DNA of 64,000 bases from Escherichia phage JLBYU22. Below the pieces are notes generated by a model. The model ran no database searches. It saw nothing but the letters and a program-made list of their open reading frames with translations, and had not been told where the DNA came from. Made by a program: the position numbers and the translations under genes. The stretch lies in sequence record OK272484.1, one strand, 5' to 3'. Below, piece after piece: positions 10,084-20,940 of this stretch; position 1 is the first letter of the stretch; every line of letters begins with the position of its first letter.

Positions 10084-10095
10084 TATTTATAAATA
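10084..10095. promoter_or_regulatory. Divergent overlapping T4 late promoters for genes 26 (minus) and 51 (plus)
   Basis: tatttataaata holds TATAAATA on both strands, offset by 4 nt. Confidence 0.6.
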
Positions 10096-10112
10096 GAATA
10101 AAAGGAGCATCT

Positions 10113-10862
10113 ATGGCAAACATTATTCGTTGTAAATTACCAGATGGTGTTCATCGTTTTAAACCATTTACGGTAGAAGATTATCGAGATTTTTTGTTAG
10201 TTCGAAACGATATAGAACATCGGTCACCACAAGAACAAAAAGAAATAATTGCTGATTTAATTGCTGATTATTTTGGAGACTATCCGAAGACTTGGCAACC
10301 ATTTATATTTTTGCAGGTATTTGTAGGGTCAATAGGTAAAACTAAAGTACCGGTCACATTTGTATGTCCAAAATGTAAAAAAGAAAAGACAGTTCCATTT
10401 GAAATATATCAAAAAGAATTAAAGGAACCTGTTTTTGATGTAGCTAATGTTAAAATTAAATTAAAGTTTCCTTCTGAGTTTTATGAAAATAAAGCAAAGA
10501 TGATTACTGAAAATATTCATTCTGTTCAAGTAGATGAAATATGGTATGATTGGAAGGAAATTAGCGAGTCCAGTCAAATAGAACTAGTTGACGCCATCGA
10601 GATAGAAACATTAGAAAAAATTCTCGATGCAATGAATCCTATTAATTTAACTCTACATATGTCATGCTGTAATAAGTACATTAAAAAATACACTGATATA
10701 GTAGACGTGTTTAAGCTATTAGTTAACCCAGATGAGATATTTACTTTTTATCAAATTAATCACACACTCGTAAAAAGTAATTATAGCTTAAATTCAATAA
10801 TGAAAATGATTCCTGCCGAGCGCGGATTCGTATTAAAACTGATTGAGAAGGATAAACAATAA
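10113..10862 (+). CDS. 51: Baseplate hub assembly protein gp51
   Basis: 249 aa, same as T4 gp51. Confidence 0.88.
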   Translation: MANIIRCKLPDGVHRFKPFTVEDYRDFLLVRNDIEHRSPQEQKEIIADLIADYFGDYPKTWQPFIFLQVFVGSIGKTKVPVTFVCPKCKKEKTVPFEIYQKELKEPVFDVANVKIKLKFPSEFYENKAKMITENIHSVQVDEIWYDWKEISESSQIELVDAIEIETLEKILDAMNPINLTLHMSCCNKYIKKYTDIVDVFKLLVNPDEIFTFYQINHTLVKSNYSLNSIMKMIPAERGFVLKLIEKDKQ

Positions 10863-12037
10863 TGAGTATGTTGCAACGCCCCGGATATCCAAATCTCAGC
10901 GTTAAATTATTTGATAGCTACGACGCTTGGAGTAATAATAGATTTGTTGAATTAGCTGCTACTATTACTACATTAACTATGCGGGATTCTCTTTATGGCC
11001 GAAATGAAGGAATGCTGCAGTTTTATGATTCTAAAAACATCCATACAAAAATGGATGGAAATGAAATAATTCAGATTTCTGTAGCTAATGCAAATGATAT
11101 TAATAATGTTAAAACACGAATTTATGGATGTAAGCATTTTTCTGTGTCAGTAGATTCAAAAGGTGATAACATCATTGCTATTGAATTGGGAACTATTCAT
11201 TCTATAGAAAATCTTAAATTTGGTAGACCATTTTTCCCTGATGCAGGTGAATCTATAAAAGAAATGCTTGGCGTCATTTATCAGGATCGCACATTATTAA
11301 CTCCAGCAATAAATGCTATAAATGCTTATGTTCCTGATATTCCGTGGACTAGCACATTTGAAAACTATTTGTCATATGTAAGAGAAGTTGCTCTAGCTGT
11401 AGGAAGCGACAAATTTGTATTTGTATGGCAAGACATCATGGGAGTTAACATGATGGACTATGATATGATGATAAATCAAGAACCATATCCAATGATTGTC
11501 GGCGAGCCATCTTTAATAGGTCAATTCATCCAAGAATTAAAATATCCATTAGCATATGATTTCGTTTGGTTGACTAAATCGAATCCTCACAAACGTGACC
11601 CAATGAAAAATGCTACTATCTATGCTCATTCATTTTTAGATTCTTCACTGCCAATGATTACTACAGGAAAGGGTGAAAACTCTATTGTAGTGTCAAGGTC
11701 AGGTGCTTATTCTGAAATGACTTATAGGAATGGCTATGAAGAAGCTATTCGTCTTCAAACTATGGCGCAATACGATGGCTATGCTAAATGTTCTACTGTC
11801 GGTAATTTTAACTTGACTCCTGGCGTTAAAATTATTTTTAATGATAGTAAAAACCAATTTAAAACAGAATTTTACGTTGATGAAGTCATCCATGAATTAT
11901 CCAATAATAATTCAGTAACTCATCTATATATGTTCACTAATGCAACGAAACTGGAAACAATAGACCCAGTTAAGGTTAAAAATGAATTTAAATCTGATAC
12001 TACCACTGAAGAAAGTAGTTCTTCCAATAAGCAATAA
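10862..12037 (+). CDS. 27: Baseplate hub protein gp27
   Basis: 391 aa, same as T4 gp27. Confidence 0.9.
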   Translation: MSMLQRPGYPNLSVKLFDSYDAWSNNRFVELAATITTLTMRDSLYGRNEGMLQFYDSKNIHTKMDGNEIIQISVANANDINNVKTRIYGCKHFSVSVDSKGDNIIAIELGTIHSIENLKFGRPFFPDAGESIKEMLGVIYQDRTLLTPAINAINAYVPDIPWTSTFENYLSYVREVALAVGSDKFVFVWQDIMGVNMMDYDMMINQEPYPMIVGEPSLIGQFIQELKYPLAYDFVWLTKSNPHKRDPMKNATIYAHSFLDSSLPMITTGKGENSIVVSRSGAYSEMTYRNGYEEAIRLQTMAQYDGYAKCSTVGNFNLTPGVKIIFNDSKNQFKTEFYVDEVIHELSNNNSVTHLYMFTNATKLETIDPVKVKNEFKSDTTTEESSSSNKQ

Positions 12038-12515
12038 AGAAGTTTCTATTCCTAAAATGGGTCTTAAACACTATAACATTTTAAAAGATGTTAAAGGTCC
12101 TGATGAAAATTTAAAACTTCTTATTGATTCTATTTGTCCGAATTTATCACCGGCAGAAGTTGATTTCGTTTCTATTCATCTATTGGAATTTAATGGAAAG
12201 ATTAAATCTCGTAAAGAAATAGATGGTTATACTTATGACATTAATGATGTTTATGTATGCCAAAGATTGGAATTTCAATACCAAGGAAATACATTTTATT
12301 TTAGACCTCCTGGAAAATTTGAACAATTTTTAACGGTGAGCGATATGTTATCTAAATGCTTGCTTAAGGTCAATGATGAAGTTAAAGAAATTAATTTTCT
12401 TGAGATGCCAGCATTCGTTTTAAAATGGGCAAATGATATTTTTACAACTTTAGCAATTCCTGGCCCTAATGGTCCAATAACCGGAATTGGCAATATTATT
12501 GGATTATTTGAATGA
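11982..12515 (+). CDS. 28: Baseplate hub distal protein gp28
   Basis: 177 aa, same as T4 gp28; overlaps gp27 3' end. Confidence 0.8.
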   Translation: MNLNLILPLKKVVLPISNKEVSIPKMGLKHYNILKDVKGPDENLKLLIDSICPNLSPAEVDFVSIHLLEFNGKIKSRKEIDGYTYDINDVYVCQRLEFQYQGNTFYFRPPGKFEQFLTVSDMLSKCLLKVNDEVKEINFLEMPAFVLKWANDIFTTLAIPGPNGPITGIGNIIGLFE

Positions 12516-14284
12516 AAAAGCCACAAGAAATGCAAACGATGCGTAGAAAAGTTATTTCAGATAATAAACCAACACAGGAAGCGGCTAAATCCGCTTCCAA
12601 CACTTTATCTGGACTTAACGATATATCTACGAAATTGGATGATGCTCAAGCTGCCTCTGAATTAATAGCTCAAACTGTCGAAGAAAAATCGAATGAAATA
12701 ATTGGAGCAATTGATAACGTAGAAAGCGCAGTGAGTGATACTACTGCCGGTTCTGAGTTAATTGCTGAAACTGTCGAAATTGGCAACAATATTAATAAAG
12801 AAATTGGTGAATCACTCGGAAGCAAATTAGATAAATTAACGAGTTTATTAGAACAAAAAATTCAGACAGCTGGAATTCAACAAACAGGAACCAGTTTAGC
12901 CACGGTTGAAAGCGCTATTCCTGTTAAAGTTGTTGAGGATGATACAGCTGAATCTGTGGGTCCTTTATTACCGGCCCCTGAAGCAGTTAATAATGATCCT
13001 GACGCTGATTTTTTCCCTACCCCTCAGCCAGTTGAACCCAAACAAGAATCGCCAGAAGAAAAACAGAAAAAAGAAGCATTTAACTTAAAATTATCTCAAG
13101 CTTTAGATAAATTAACGAAGACTGTTGATTTCGGATTTAAAAAATCCATTTCAATTACTGATAAAATATCAAGCATGTTATTTAAGTACACCATCAGTGC
13201 TGCTATTGAAGCTGCTAAAATGACTGCAATGATATTGGCTGTTGTTGTTGGAATAGACCTGTTGATGGTTCATTTTAAATACTGGTCAGATAAATTTTCA
13301 AAAGCCTGGGATTTATTTAATACTGACTTTACTAAATTCTCTAGCGAAACCGGAACATGGGGTCCTTTATTACAGAGCATCTTTGATTCTATTGATAAAA
13401 TTAAACAACTTTGGGAAGCGGGAGATTGGGGTGGATTGACAGCAGCTATTGTTGAAGGACTCGGAAGTGTTCTTTTTAATTTAGGTGAACTTATTCAATT
13501 AGGTATGGCTAAATTATCTGCAGCAATTCTTCGAGTCATTCCTGGTATGAAGGATACTGCTGATGAAGTAGAAGGAAGAGCATTAGAAAATTTCCAAAAT
13601 TCTACTGGAGCATCTCTCAATAAAGAAGACCAGGAAAAAGTTGCAAATTATCAAGATAAACGAATGAACGGAGACCTTGGTCCGATAGCAAAAGGATTAG
13701 ATAAAATTGCTAATTGGAAAACTCGTGCATCTAATTGGATTCGTGGTGTAGATAATAAAGAAGCACTGACTACCGACGAAGAACGTGCAGCAGAAGAAGA
13801 AAAATTAAAGCAACTTTCACCTGAAGAAAGAAAAAATGCTTTAATGAAGGCTAATGAAGCCCGTGCCGCAATGATTCGCTTTGAAAAATATGCTGATTCA
13901 GCTGATATGAGTAAAGACTCAACGGTTAAATCTGTTGAATCTGCCTATGAAGACCTTAAAAAACGGATGGATGACCCGGATTTAAATAATTCACCGGCAG
14001 TTAAAAAAGAACTTGCTGCTAGATTTTCTAAAATTGATGCTACTTATCAAGAGCTCAAGAAAAATCAGCCTAATGCCAAACCTGAAACTTCTGCTAAATC
14101 GCCAGAAGCAAAACAAGTCCAGGTAATAGAAAAGAACAAAGCACAGCAAGCTCCTGTTCAACAAGCATCTCCTTCAATCAACAATACTAATAATGTTATT
14201 AAGAAAAATACTGTCGTTCATAATATGACACCTGTCACAAGCACAACTGCTCCTGGTGTATTTGATGCGACTGGGGTTAATTAA
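12512..14284 (+). CDS. 29: Tail tube length determinant (tape measure) gp29
   Basis: 590 aa, same as T4 gp29. Confidence 0.9.
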   Translation: MKKPQEMQTMRRKVISDNKPTQEAAKSASNTLSGLNDISTKLDDAQAASELIAQTVEEKSNEIIGAIDNVESAVSDTTAGSELIAETVEIGNNINKEIGESLGSKLDKLTSLLEQKIQTAGIQQTGTSLATVESAIPVKVVEDDTAESVGPLLPAPEAVNNDPDADFFPTPQPVEPKQESPEEKQKKEAFNLKLSQALDKLTKTVDFGFKKSISITDKISSMLFKYTISAAIEAAKMTAMILAVVVGIDLLMVHFKYWSDKFSKAWDLFNTDFTKFSSETGTWGPLLQSIFDSIDKIKQLWEAGDWGGLTAAIVEGLGSVLFNLGELIQLGMAKLSAAILRVIPGMKDTADEVEGRALENFQNSTGASLNKEDQEKVANYQDKRMNGDLGPIAKGLDKIANWKTRASNWIRGVDNKEALTTDEERAAEEEKLKQLSPEERKNALMKANEARAAMIRFEKYADSADMSKDSTVKSVESAYEDLKKRMDDPDLNNSPAVKKELAARFSKIDATYQELKKNQPNAKPETSAKSPEAKQVQVIEKNKAQQAPVQQASPSINNTNNVIKKNTVVHNMTPVTSTTAPGVFDATGVN

Positions 14285-14292
14285 GGAATAAT

Positions 14293-15387
14293 ATGGCAAT
14301 TGTTAAAGAAATAACTGCTGATTTAATTAAAAAGTCCGGTGAGAAAATTTCAGCCGGACAGAGTACTAAATCAGAAGTAGGAACTAAAACATACACAGCC
14401 CAGTTTCCAACTGGGCGTGCTAGTGGTAATGACACTACAGGGGACTTCCAGGTAACAGATCTATATAAGAATGGATTATTATTTACTGCATACAATATGT
14501 CATCTAGGGATTCTGGAAGTCTTAGATCGATGAGATCTAACTACTCTTCTTCATCTTCGAGTATTTTACGTACAGCCAGAAACACTATCAGTAATACAGT
14601 ATCAAAACTGTCAAATGGATTAATATCAGATAATAATTCAGGAACAATAAGTAAAGCCCCTGTTGCAAATATTCTTTTACCAAGATCTAAATCCGATGTT
14701 GATACATCATCACATAGATTTAATGATGTTCAAGAAAGTCTTATCAGCAGAGGCGGAGGTACTGCTACTGGTGTGCTAAGTAATATTGCTTCAACTGCAG
14801 TATTTGGAGCACTGGAAAGTATAACACAAGGTATAATGGCTGATAATAATGAACAAATATACACTACGGCTCGAAGTATGTATGGTGGTGCTGAAAATAG
14901 AACTAAAGTGTTTACTTGGGATTTGACTCCACGTTCAACAGAAGATTTAATGGCTATTATTAATATCTATCAATATTTTAACTATTTTTCTTATGGTGAA
15001 ACTGGTAAATCTCAATATGCTGCTGAAATAAAGGGGTATTTAGATGATTGGTATCGTTCTACGTTAATTGAACCTTTATCTCCGGAAGACGCAGCTAAAA
15101 ATAAAACACTATTTGAGAAAATGACATCGAGTTTAACTAACGTTCTAGTAGTTTCAAACCCGACAATTTGGATGGTGAAAAACTTTGGTGCAACATCTAA
15201 GTTTGATGGAAAAACGGAAATATTTGGTCCATGCCAAATACAAAGCATTAGATTTGATAAAACGCCTAATGGTAACTTTAACGGATTAGCTATTGCTCCA
15301 AACCTCCCTAGTACATTTACTCTCGAGATTACTATGAGAGAAATTATCACGTTAAACCGTGCTTCTTTATATGCGGGGACTTTTTAA
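14293..15387 (+). CDS. 48: Baseplate tail-tube junction protein gp48
   Basis: 364 aa, same as T4 gp48. Confidence 0.9.
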   Translation: MAIVKEITADLIKKSGEKISAGQSTKSEVGTKTYTAQFPTGRASGNDTTGDFQVTDLYKNGLLFTAYNMSSRDSGSLRSMRSNYSSSSSSILRTARNTISNTVSKLSNGLISDNNSGTISKAPVANILLPRSKSDVDTSSHRFNDVQESLISRGGGTATGVLSNIASTAVFGALESITQGIMADNNEQIYTTARSMYGGAENRTKVFTWDLTPRSTEDLMAIINIYQYFNYFSYGETGKSQYAAEIKGYLDDWYRSTLIEPLSPEDAAKNKTLFEKMTSSLTNVLVVSNPTIWMVKNFGATSKFDGKTEIFGPCQIQSIRFDKTPNGNFNGLAIAPNLPSTFTLEITMREIITLNRASLYAGTF

Positions 15388-16352
15388 TGTATTCTTTAGA
15401 GGAATTTAATAATCAAGCAATAAACGCAGATTTCCAACGTAATAATATGTTTAGCTGCGTTTTTGCGACAACTCCATCAACTAAAAGCTCTTCGTTGATA
15501 AGTTCAATTAGCAACTTTTCTTATAATAACTTGGGTCTAAATTCAGACTGGTTAGGATTGTCTCAAGGCGATATTAATCAGGGAATTACCACGCTAATTA
15601 CTGCTGGCACACAAAAACTGATAAGAAAATCAGGGGTTAGTAAATATCTTATTGGTGCCATGAGTCAACGTACAGTTCAAAGTTTATTGGGCTCATTTAC
15701 AGTTGGTACATATTTAATTGACTTCTTTAACATGGCATATAACTCATCTGGATTGATGATATACTCTGTAAAAATGCCAGAGAATAGATTATCTTATGAA
15801 ACTGACTGGAACTATAATTCTCCTAATATTCGTATAACCGGAAGAGAATTAGACCCTTTGGTTATTTCATTTAGAATGGATTCAGAAGCTTGTAACTATC
15901 GTGCAATGCAAGACTGGGTTAACTCTGTTCAAGACCCAGTAACTGGATTGCGTGCTTTGCCACAGGATGTCGAGGCAGATATTCAGGTTAATCTTCATGC
16001 TCGTAATGGATTACCTCATACTGCGGTGATGTTCACCGGATGCATTCCAGTGTCAGTGAGCGCTCCTGAGTTATCATATGATGGAGATAACCAAATAACT
16101 ACATTTGATGTTACTTTTGCGTATAGAGTCATGCAGGCTGGGTCGGTTGATAGACAAGCTGCGCTTGAGTGGCTTGAATCTGCTGCTATAAATGGCATTC
16201 AAAGTGTTCTCGGAAATAGTGGAGGTGTTACTGGATTATCTAATTCGCTTTCACGACTTAGTAGATTAGGAGGAACTGCTGGAAGCATTTCAAACATTAA
16301 TACTATGACGGGAATTGTCAACTCGCAAAGTAAAATATTAGGAGCAATATAA
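15387..16352 (+). CDS. 54: Baseplate tail-tube initiator gp54
   Basis: 321 aa; T4 gp54 is about 320 aa. Confidence 0.9.
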   Translation: MYSLEEFNNQAINADFQRNNMFSCVFATTPSTKSSSLISSISNFSYNNLGLNSDWLGLSQGDINQGITTLITAGTQKLIRKSGVSKYLIGAMSQRTVQSLLGSFTVGTYLIDFFNMAYNSSGLMIYSVKMPENRLSYETDWNYNSPNIRITGRELDPLVISFRMDSEACNYRAMQDWVNSVQDPVTGLRALPQDVEADIQVNLHARNGLPHTAVMFTGCIPVSVSAPELSYDGDNQITTFDVTFAYRVMQAGSVDRQAALEWLESAAINGIQSVLGNSGGVTGLSNSLSRLSRLGGTAGSISNINTMTGIVNSQSKILGAI

Positions 16353-16356
16353 CAAT

Positions 16357-16374
16357 GGGGACCGAAAGGTCCCC
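16357..16374. terminator. Bidirectional hairpin terminator between gene 54 and the convergent minus-strand block
   Basis: GGGGACC-GAAA-GGTCCCC perfect 7-bp stem, flanked by A/T tracts. Confidence 0.7.
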
Positions 16375-16380
16375 ATATTT

Positions 16381-16671
16381 TTATTTACGGAATGAAATAA
16401 AAGCAGCAACTGAAGCAACTAAACTGTCTTCAATATAAACTTCAATTTTTACCGGAGCTTCTGACTCAAATTTACCTGTTACTACACCTTGGAAAATGCT
16501 TTCAGTCTGTTCTGGCTTTGAAAAATTTTCAGAAGGAAAAATTCCGAACTTTTTATCTGTTCCAAAAATTTTGATAAATTCATCGTAAACTGCTTCATTA
16601 AAAGCATTATCAGCAGGAATAACGCCTTCAACTACAAGTTCTTGACCTAAAAAGCGCAAAGAAGATTTCAT
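16381..16671 (-). CDS. Hypothetical protein downstream of alt
   Basis: 96-aa ORF with GAGGA Shine-Dalgarno and its own early promoter. Confidence 0.6.
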   Translation of the reverse strand: MKSSLRFLGQELVVEGVIPADNAFNEAVYDEFIKIFGTDKKFGIFPSENFSKPEQTESIFQGVVTGKFESEAPVKIEVYIEDSLVASVAAFISFRK

Positions 16672-16681
16672 TTTGTGTTCC

Positions 16682-16740
16682 TCATGTTATGTCAGTAAGA
16701 TTACTATAACACAACACGAGGGACTTGTAAACTACATTTT
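16682..16740 (-). promoter_or_regulatory. Early sigma70-type promoter cassette (GTTTAC -35, 17-nt spacer, TATAGT -10) plus leader
   Basis: Minus strand GTTTACaagtccctcgtgttgtgtTATAGT; 51-bp near-identical copy at 31839..31889. Confidence 0.55.
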
Positions 16741-18789
16741 GAACTTTTTAGACATTCCGTTAATGTTAACCAAAGAAGCTAAGATTTGAGAAACTTCGTT
16801 TTCCTCTTCTTTTGATTCTTCGACAAGGAATTGATTAAATCCAGTCATTGGACGAACTTCACCAGTTTCCATCAAATGGTCGCCATCATATACTGATTCC
16901 TCTAATTGTTCAGAAGGAGGAACGATTGTACCTTCGATTAGATACTTGTTATAAGCAGTTTCTTTCATAAAGTACGTACTTACTTTATTAATCTTCAGTA
17001 AAATTCCACGTGGTAGAATAACTTCAGCTTCTGATGGAAATCCTGATAAATGACCTGGAACGATAACTTTGATTCGCTCAGCTCCTTTAATTACCATACC
17101 CACGCTAGTTTCGGCATCTTCACTAGCATATGTAGAATGACTACCCATATGCATCAAATCTTCTGCATCAACGGAACCTTCTCCTTCACCAGAAAATACT
17201 GCGCCGGAATCATCTAAGGCCATATAGTTTTTACCATGCTCACCGAAGATATTTGGTTTAAGCGATGTGGATACGAAGTTCTTGAAATAGAACATTTTGT
17301 TTTCAATGTTATGACGCAAAGTTTTAAATGTAACTTCTTGTCCACGGTAAAGTGTAGTTCCTGGAGGAAGAACTGAACCTTTAGCGAATGCAGAATCAAG
17401 CGTCTCAATATGTTTAATAGCTCGTTCCATATATTCTTCGCGGGTAGAATCTGGTTTACCCAAAAGGAACGAGTTCATTTCAACATATGAATCTGCACAA
17501 TAATCTTCAATTACATCAGATTCAGCTTGAGTTAATCCTTTTGGAGTTACTTCGGTGCTCGCGTATTCATATGCCTGAGCGGCAGATTCATTAATCAATT
17601 TATAAATGCCATTCATGACAAATTGAATAATAGCTGTCTTTTCATCTGGTGTAGCTTTAGAACCTTTAACTAAATCATTGATAATTTTCTTAATAACATC
17701 AAAGCTATTAGAAATATTAATGTCAGCAAGATCGCTTAAAATTTTATCAGTTTTATAATCAAAGAATTCTTTATTCTTTAAATATTCTTGAGAACCTTGA
17801 TATGTTATATCGCTCTGCAACTTGATAGATGGATCACGTAAACGCGCATGGGCTAATGCAATATGATTTCGGAAACTTTCTAGTTCATAATCATTAGATT
17901 TAAAACGAGAAGCACTTCTCATACCACCGATAGCTCCTTTGTTAAAGTTTGAACCAATCTGGATAACCCCGGAGTTCATTGGTCCTTCTGCTTTATATAC
18001 CGGAACTTTAGATTCAAACTCTTGATATTTCTTAGCAGCGAAGCTATCACCCTGAAGTGAAGCATCAACAGTAGAATATTGAGCTTGTGCTGCTAATCGA
18101 CGACTAATTTTAGTTTTCTGAATAACAGCTTGATCCGTGCGCTTATCATTTTCTAAGGCAATAGAAGCAGCAACAGCAACAGCTTTAGGAACAGCATTAC
18201 CTGTTTTAACGTCTACATAAACATCACCAACCTTTGATTCAACTTTTGTGAATAACTCAGTTGAAATAGGAGGTACACCTGGAATGTCTTCTAAATTGGC
18301 ATTTTTACGGTAAACCATAATATATGCATACTTTTTATCGTAATCCCAGATTTCCTTTAAAAGAGCATATCGACCTGCTCCTTTAGTACGTACTAAACGG
18401 TCAGCAATAACTTGCATTTGACGAGCTGCGCCATTTGTTTTACTCTTTAGTACGCGGAATAAGCATGCATCAATTTTATACTGTTTCATTGTTTGAAGAG
18501 CAGTATCAAAAACCGCATTAATGACACCAATTGGATTTCCACCCAAGTTTTTAAGTTTAACGAGCGATAGTTTCTCATTGACACCTATCATTACGATATG
18601 CATCATTTTATCGCCTGGCTTAACGTTTTTATTTGTATCACCGCCAGAGGTGTATGTACAAAATCTAAATCCAGGAAGCACACTTTCTTCGCCGGCTTGA
18701 ATAGCAAAAATTTGCGGTATTTTATGCTTAGGATTTAAGTTAACAACCGGCGCCGAAGCGCCGTCAAATAATTCTGTAATAAGTTCCAT
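16732..18789 (-). CDS. alt: Alt-like mono-ADP-ribosyltransferase, paralogue A (685 aa)
   Basis: N-terminus MELITELFD; ART R-S-E motifs YRGQ / FVSTSL / SEAEVILPRG. Confidence 0.85.
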   Translation of the reverse strand: MELITELFDGASAPVVNLNPKHKIPQIFAIQAGEESVLPGFRFCTYTSGGDTNKNVKPGDKMMHIVMIGVNEKLSLVKLKNLGGNPIGVINAVFDTALQTMKQYKIDACLFRVLKSKTNGAARQMQVIADRLVRTKGAGRYALLKEIWDYDKKYAYIMVYRKNANLEDIPGVPPISTELFTKVESKVGDVYVDVKTGNAVPKAVAVAASIALENDKRTDQAVIQKTKISRRLAAQAQYSTVDASLQGDSFAAKKYQEFESKVPVYKAEGPMNSGVIQIGSNFNKGAIGGMRSASRFKSNDYELESFRNHIALAHARLRDPSIKLQSDITYQGSQEYLKNKEFFDYKTDKILSDLADINISNSFDVIKKIINDLVKGSKATPDEKTAIIQFVMNGIYKLINESAAQAYEYASTEVTPKGLTQAESDVIEDYCADSYVEMNSFLLGKPDSTREEYMERAIKHIETLDSAFAKGSVLPPGTTLYRGQEVTFKTLRHNIENKMFYFKNFVSTSLKPNIFGEHGKNYMALDDSGAVFSGEGEGSVDAEDLMHMGSHSTYASEDAETSVGMVIKGAERIKVIVPGHLSGFPSEAEVILPRGILLKINKVSTYFMKETAYNKYLIEGTIVPPSEQLEESVYDGDHLMETGEVRPMTGFNQFLVEESKEEENEVSQILASLVNINGMSKKFKM

Positions 18790-18792
18790 GAT

Positions 18793-20889
18793 TTATCCTT
18801 GAACGAACTTGTAAGGCATGTTTGTAATATCTATGCAAGACGCAATAATTCCAAGAGATGATTCTACTTTTTGTTTAACATTTGATGAAACAAATGATGC
18901 AAAGTCAACTCTGTCTTCTATTTCAATATCACCTGTCATTGCAACTACTTCGCCGGTTTCCATTAAATGGTCTCCATCATAGATTACCGATTCGGTGAGC
19001 TCTTCCGTGGTCATAACTTCAGCTTGAATGAGTTTTGTATTATTAGACGTGGTTCCGTCATTATTAGAAGCATCAGTTATTTTATTAACTTTGACCATCA
19101 ATCCGCGCGGTAGAATAACTTCAGCTTCTGTTGCTATTCCGAGACTTCCTGGATATACAACATTAACTTTATGAGCTCCATCAATTGCCCATCCTATTTG
19201 AACTTTAACGTATTCAGGATTTTCTTTATACGCTCTTATTTCGTTTGGATTAATAGTTATTCCTTCTTCATTTTTATCAACTGTCAATTCATTACGAGCT
19301 TCTGGTTCTAAAAGACCAATACCAGCATGTGTAATTCCAAAACGTCCAAAAATGATAGGAGTTAAAGAAGTAGATACAAAATTTCTGAAATAGAACACTT
19401 TATTTTTAACTAGTGCTTCGTATATAGGAGCAGTCATACTTTGAGCACGATAAACTGTGATGCCTTCCGGTATGCGGTCACCATTTTCAAAAGCTGAATC
19501 TAAGTTATTTATAGCAGATTCAATTTCTTTTTCACTCATTACATCATATCGTTCTGGATTGTAACGACCTAAAAGAAGATTATTGATGTCAGTATATCCT
19601 GAACCGCAATATTCTCTAATGCCACGCTTTTGTGATGGAGTATATTTAGAACCATCGCGGGCAATAGTAATATCAATCATTGGACCAGCACCAATTCCAG
19701 AAAAACTGTAAATCATTCGTTTGAGGAATTTAGTTTTTGCTGCGTTCCAGGAATTTTTAGTTATTTCTTCCCAGACTTCATCTGGTTGTCCTTTACGATT
19801 TTTATTATGATTAGCAAGCCATTTATCTTTATAATCTTCAAAGAATTGATTTACAGCTGCTGCGTATTTCTCTAAACATTTTATTGAAGTAGTTGGTTCA
19901 TTTTTAATCGCATTAAGAATTACATCTTTAATTTTTTCAGAAACTTCATTAACCTCACTTTTTGAAAAGAATTTATAGTCATAATGAAGTTCATCTGCAG
20001 TTCCTTCGGCAATGATTTTTGCTGCTTTAGTTTTAGAAGCTAATGAATTAATTCCAAGCTTCATTTCTTCTGCTTCGGGAATTAAAGGAGCCGTAGCAGG
20101 TTTATTGAAATTAGCTGCGGTAGATTCATACTTTTGGAATAATTCACTTTCAAATCTAGAAGATTCTAATGATTGACTTTGTGCAATTGCTCTACGGGAA
20201 ATTTTAACTTTAACGATTACAGCTTGGTCAGAACGTTTATCGTTTTCTTGCGCAATAGATGCAGCAATTGCCTCATTTTTAGTTACTTGAGCTCCAGTAT
20301 CTTTATTGATATAAACATCACCGACCTTTGATTCAACTTTAGTAAAGAGCTCGGTACTAATTTCCGGAACTCCTGGAATGTCTTCTAGTGATACATTTTT
20401 GCGATGTATAAGAATATATGCATACTTTTTATCGTAATCCCAGAGTTCCTTAAGAAGGACGTATCTACCACCTGAACGACTACGGATAAGTCTATCAGCA
20501 ATAACTTGAATTTGTCGAGCTTGACCAGCGGTTTTAGACTTAAGAATACGGAGCATACAGGCATCAATTTTATACTGACGCATAGTTTGCATTGCAACAG
20601 TAAAAACTGAATTGATATAATTAATTGGGCTTGGACCAAGACCTTTTAATTTAGCAATTGAACCTTTAGCAGTTAATGTAAAAGGAACAATATGCATCAT
20701 TTTATCGCCCATCTTTAAATCGCGATTAGTATCACCTCCAGATGTATAGGTGCATAAACGAAAGCCTGGCTGTTCAATTGCATCATCAACGTGAACTGAA
20801 AAAATTTGCGGTATTTTCTTCTTTGGATTTAAGTTTGTAATCGGAAGAGTAGTATCTTCGTCAAATAATTCTGTAATAAGTTCCATCAT
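18793..20889 (-). CDS. alt: Alt-like mono-ADP-ribosyltransferase, paralogue B (698 aa)
   Basis: N-terminal 250 aa closely similar to paralogue A; motifs YRAQ / FVSTSL / TEAEVILPRG; late promoter upstream. Confidence 0.85.
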   Translation of the reverse strand: MMELITELFDEDTTLPITNLNPKKKIPQIFSVHVDDAIEQPGFRLCTYTSGGDTNRDLKMGDKMMHIVPFTLTAKGSIAKLKGLGPSPINYINSVFTVAMQTMRQYKIDACMLRILKSKTAGQARQIQVIADRLIRSRSGGRYVLLKELWDYDKKYAYILIHRKNVSLEDIPGVPEISTELFTKVESKVGDVYINKDTGAQVTKNEAIAASIAQENDKRSDQAVIVKVKISRRAIAQSQSLESSRFESELFQKYESTAANFNKPATAPLIPEAEEMKLGINSLASKTKAAKIIAEGTADELHYDYKFFSKSEVNEVSEKIKDVILNAIKNEPTTSIKCLEKYAAAVNQFFEDYKDKWLANHNKNRKGQPDEVWEEITKNSWNAAKTKFLKRMIYSFSGIGAGPMIDITIARDGSKYTPSQKRGIREYCGSGYTDINNLLLGRYNPERYDVMSEKEIESAINNLDSAFENGDRIPEGITVYRAQSMTAPIYEALVKNKVFYFRNFVSTSLTPIIFGRFGITHAGIGLLEPEARNELTVDKNEEGITINPNEIRAYKENPEYVKVQIGWAIDGAHKVNVVYPGSLGIATEAEVILPRGLMVKVNKITDASNNDGTTSNNTKLIQAEVMTTEELTESVIYDGDHLMETGEVVAMTGDIEIEDRVDFASFVSSNVKQKVESSLGIIASCIDITNMPYKFVQG

Positions 20890-20909
20890 AGCCTCTCTAG
20901 TGTTTATTC

Positions 20910-20917
20910 TATTTATA
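20910..20917 (-). promoter_or_regulatory. T4 late promoter (TATAAATA on minus strand) upstream of Alt paralogue B
   Basis: Exact reverse complement of TATAAATA, 21 nt upstream of start at 20889. Confidence 0.6.
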
Positions 20918-20922
20918 AAATT

Positions 20923-20940
20923 AAAGGCCCGAAGGCCTTT
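20923..20940 (-). terminator. Hairpin between the 62-aa ORF and the alt late promoter
   Basis: AAAGGCC-CGAA-GGCCTTT stem-loop. Confidence 0.45.
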
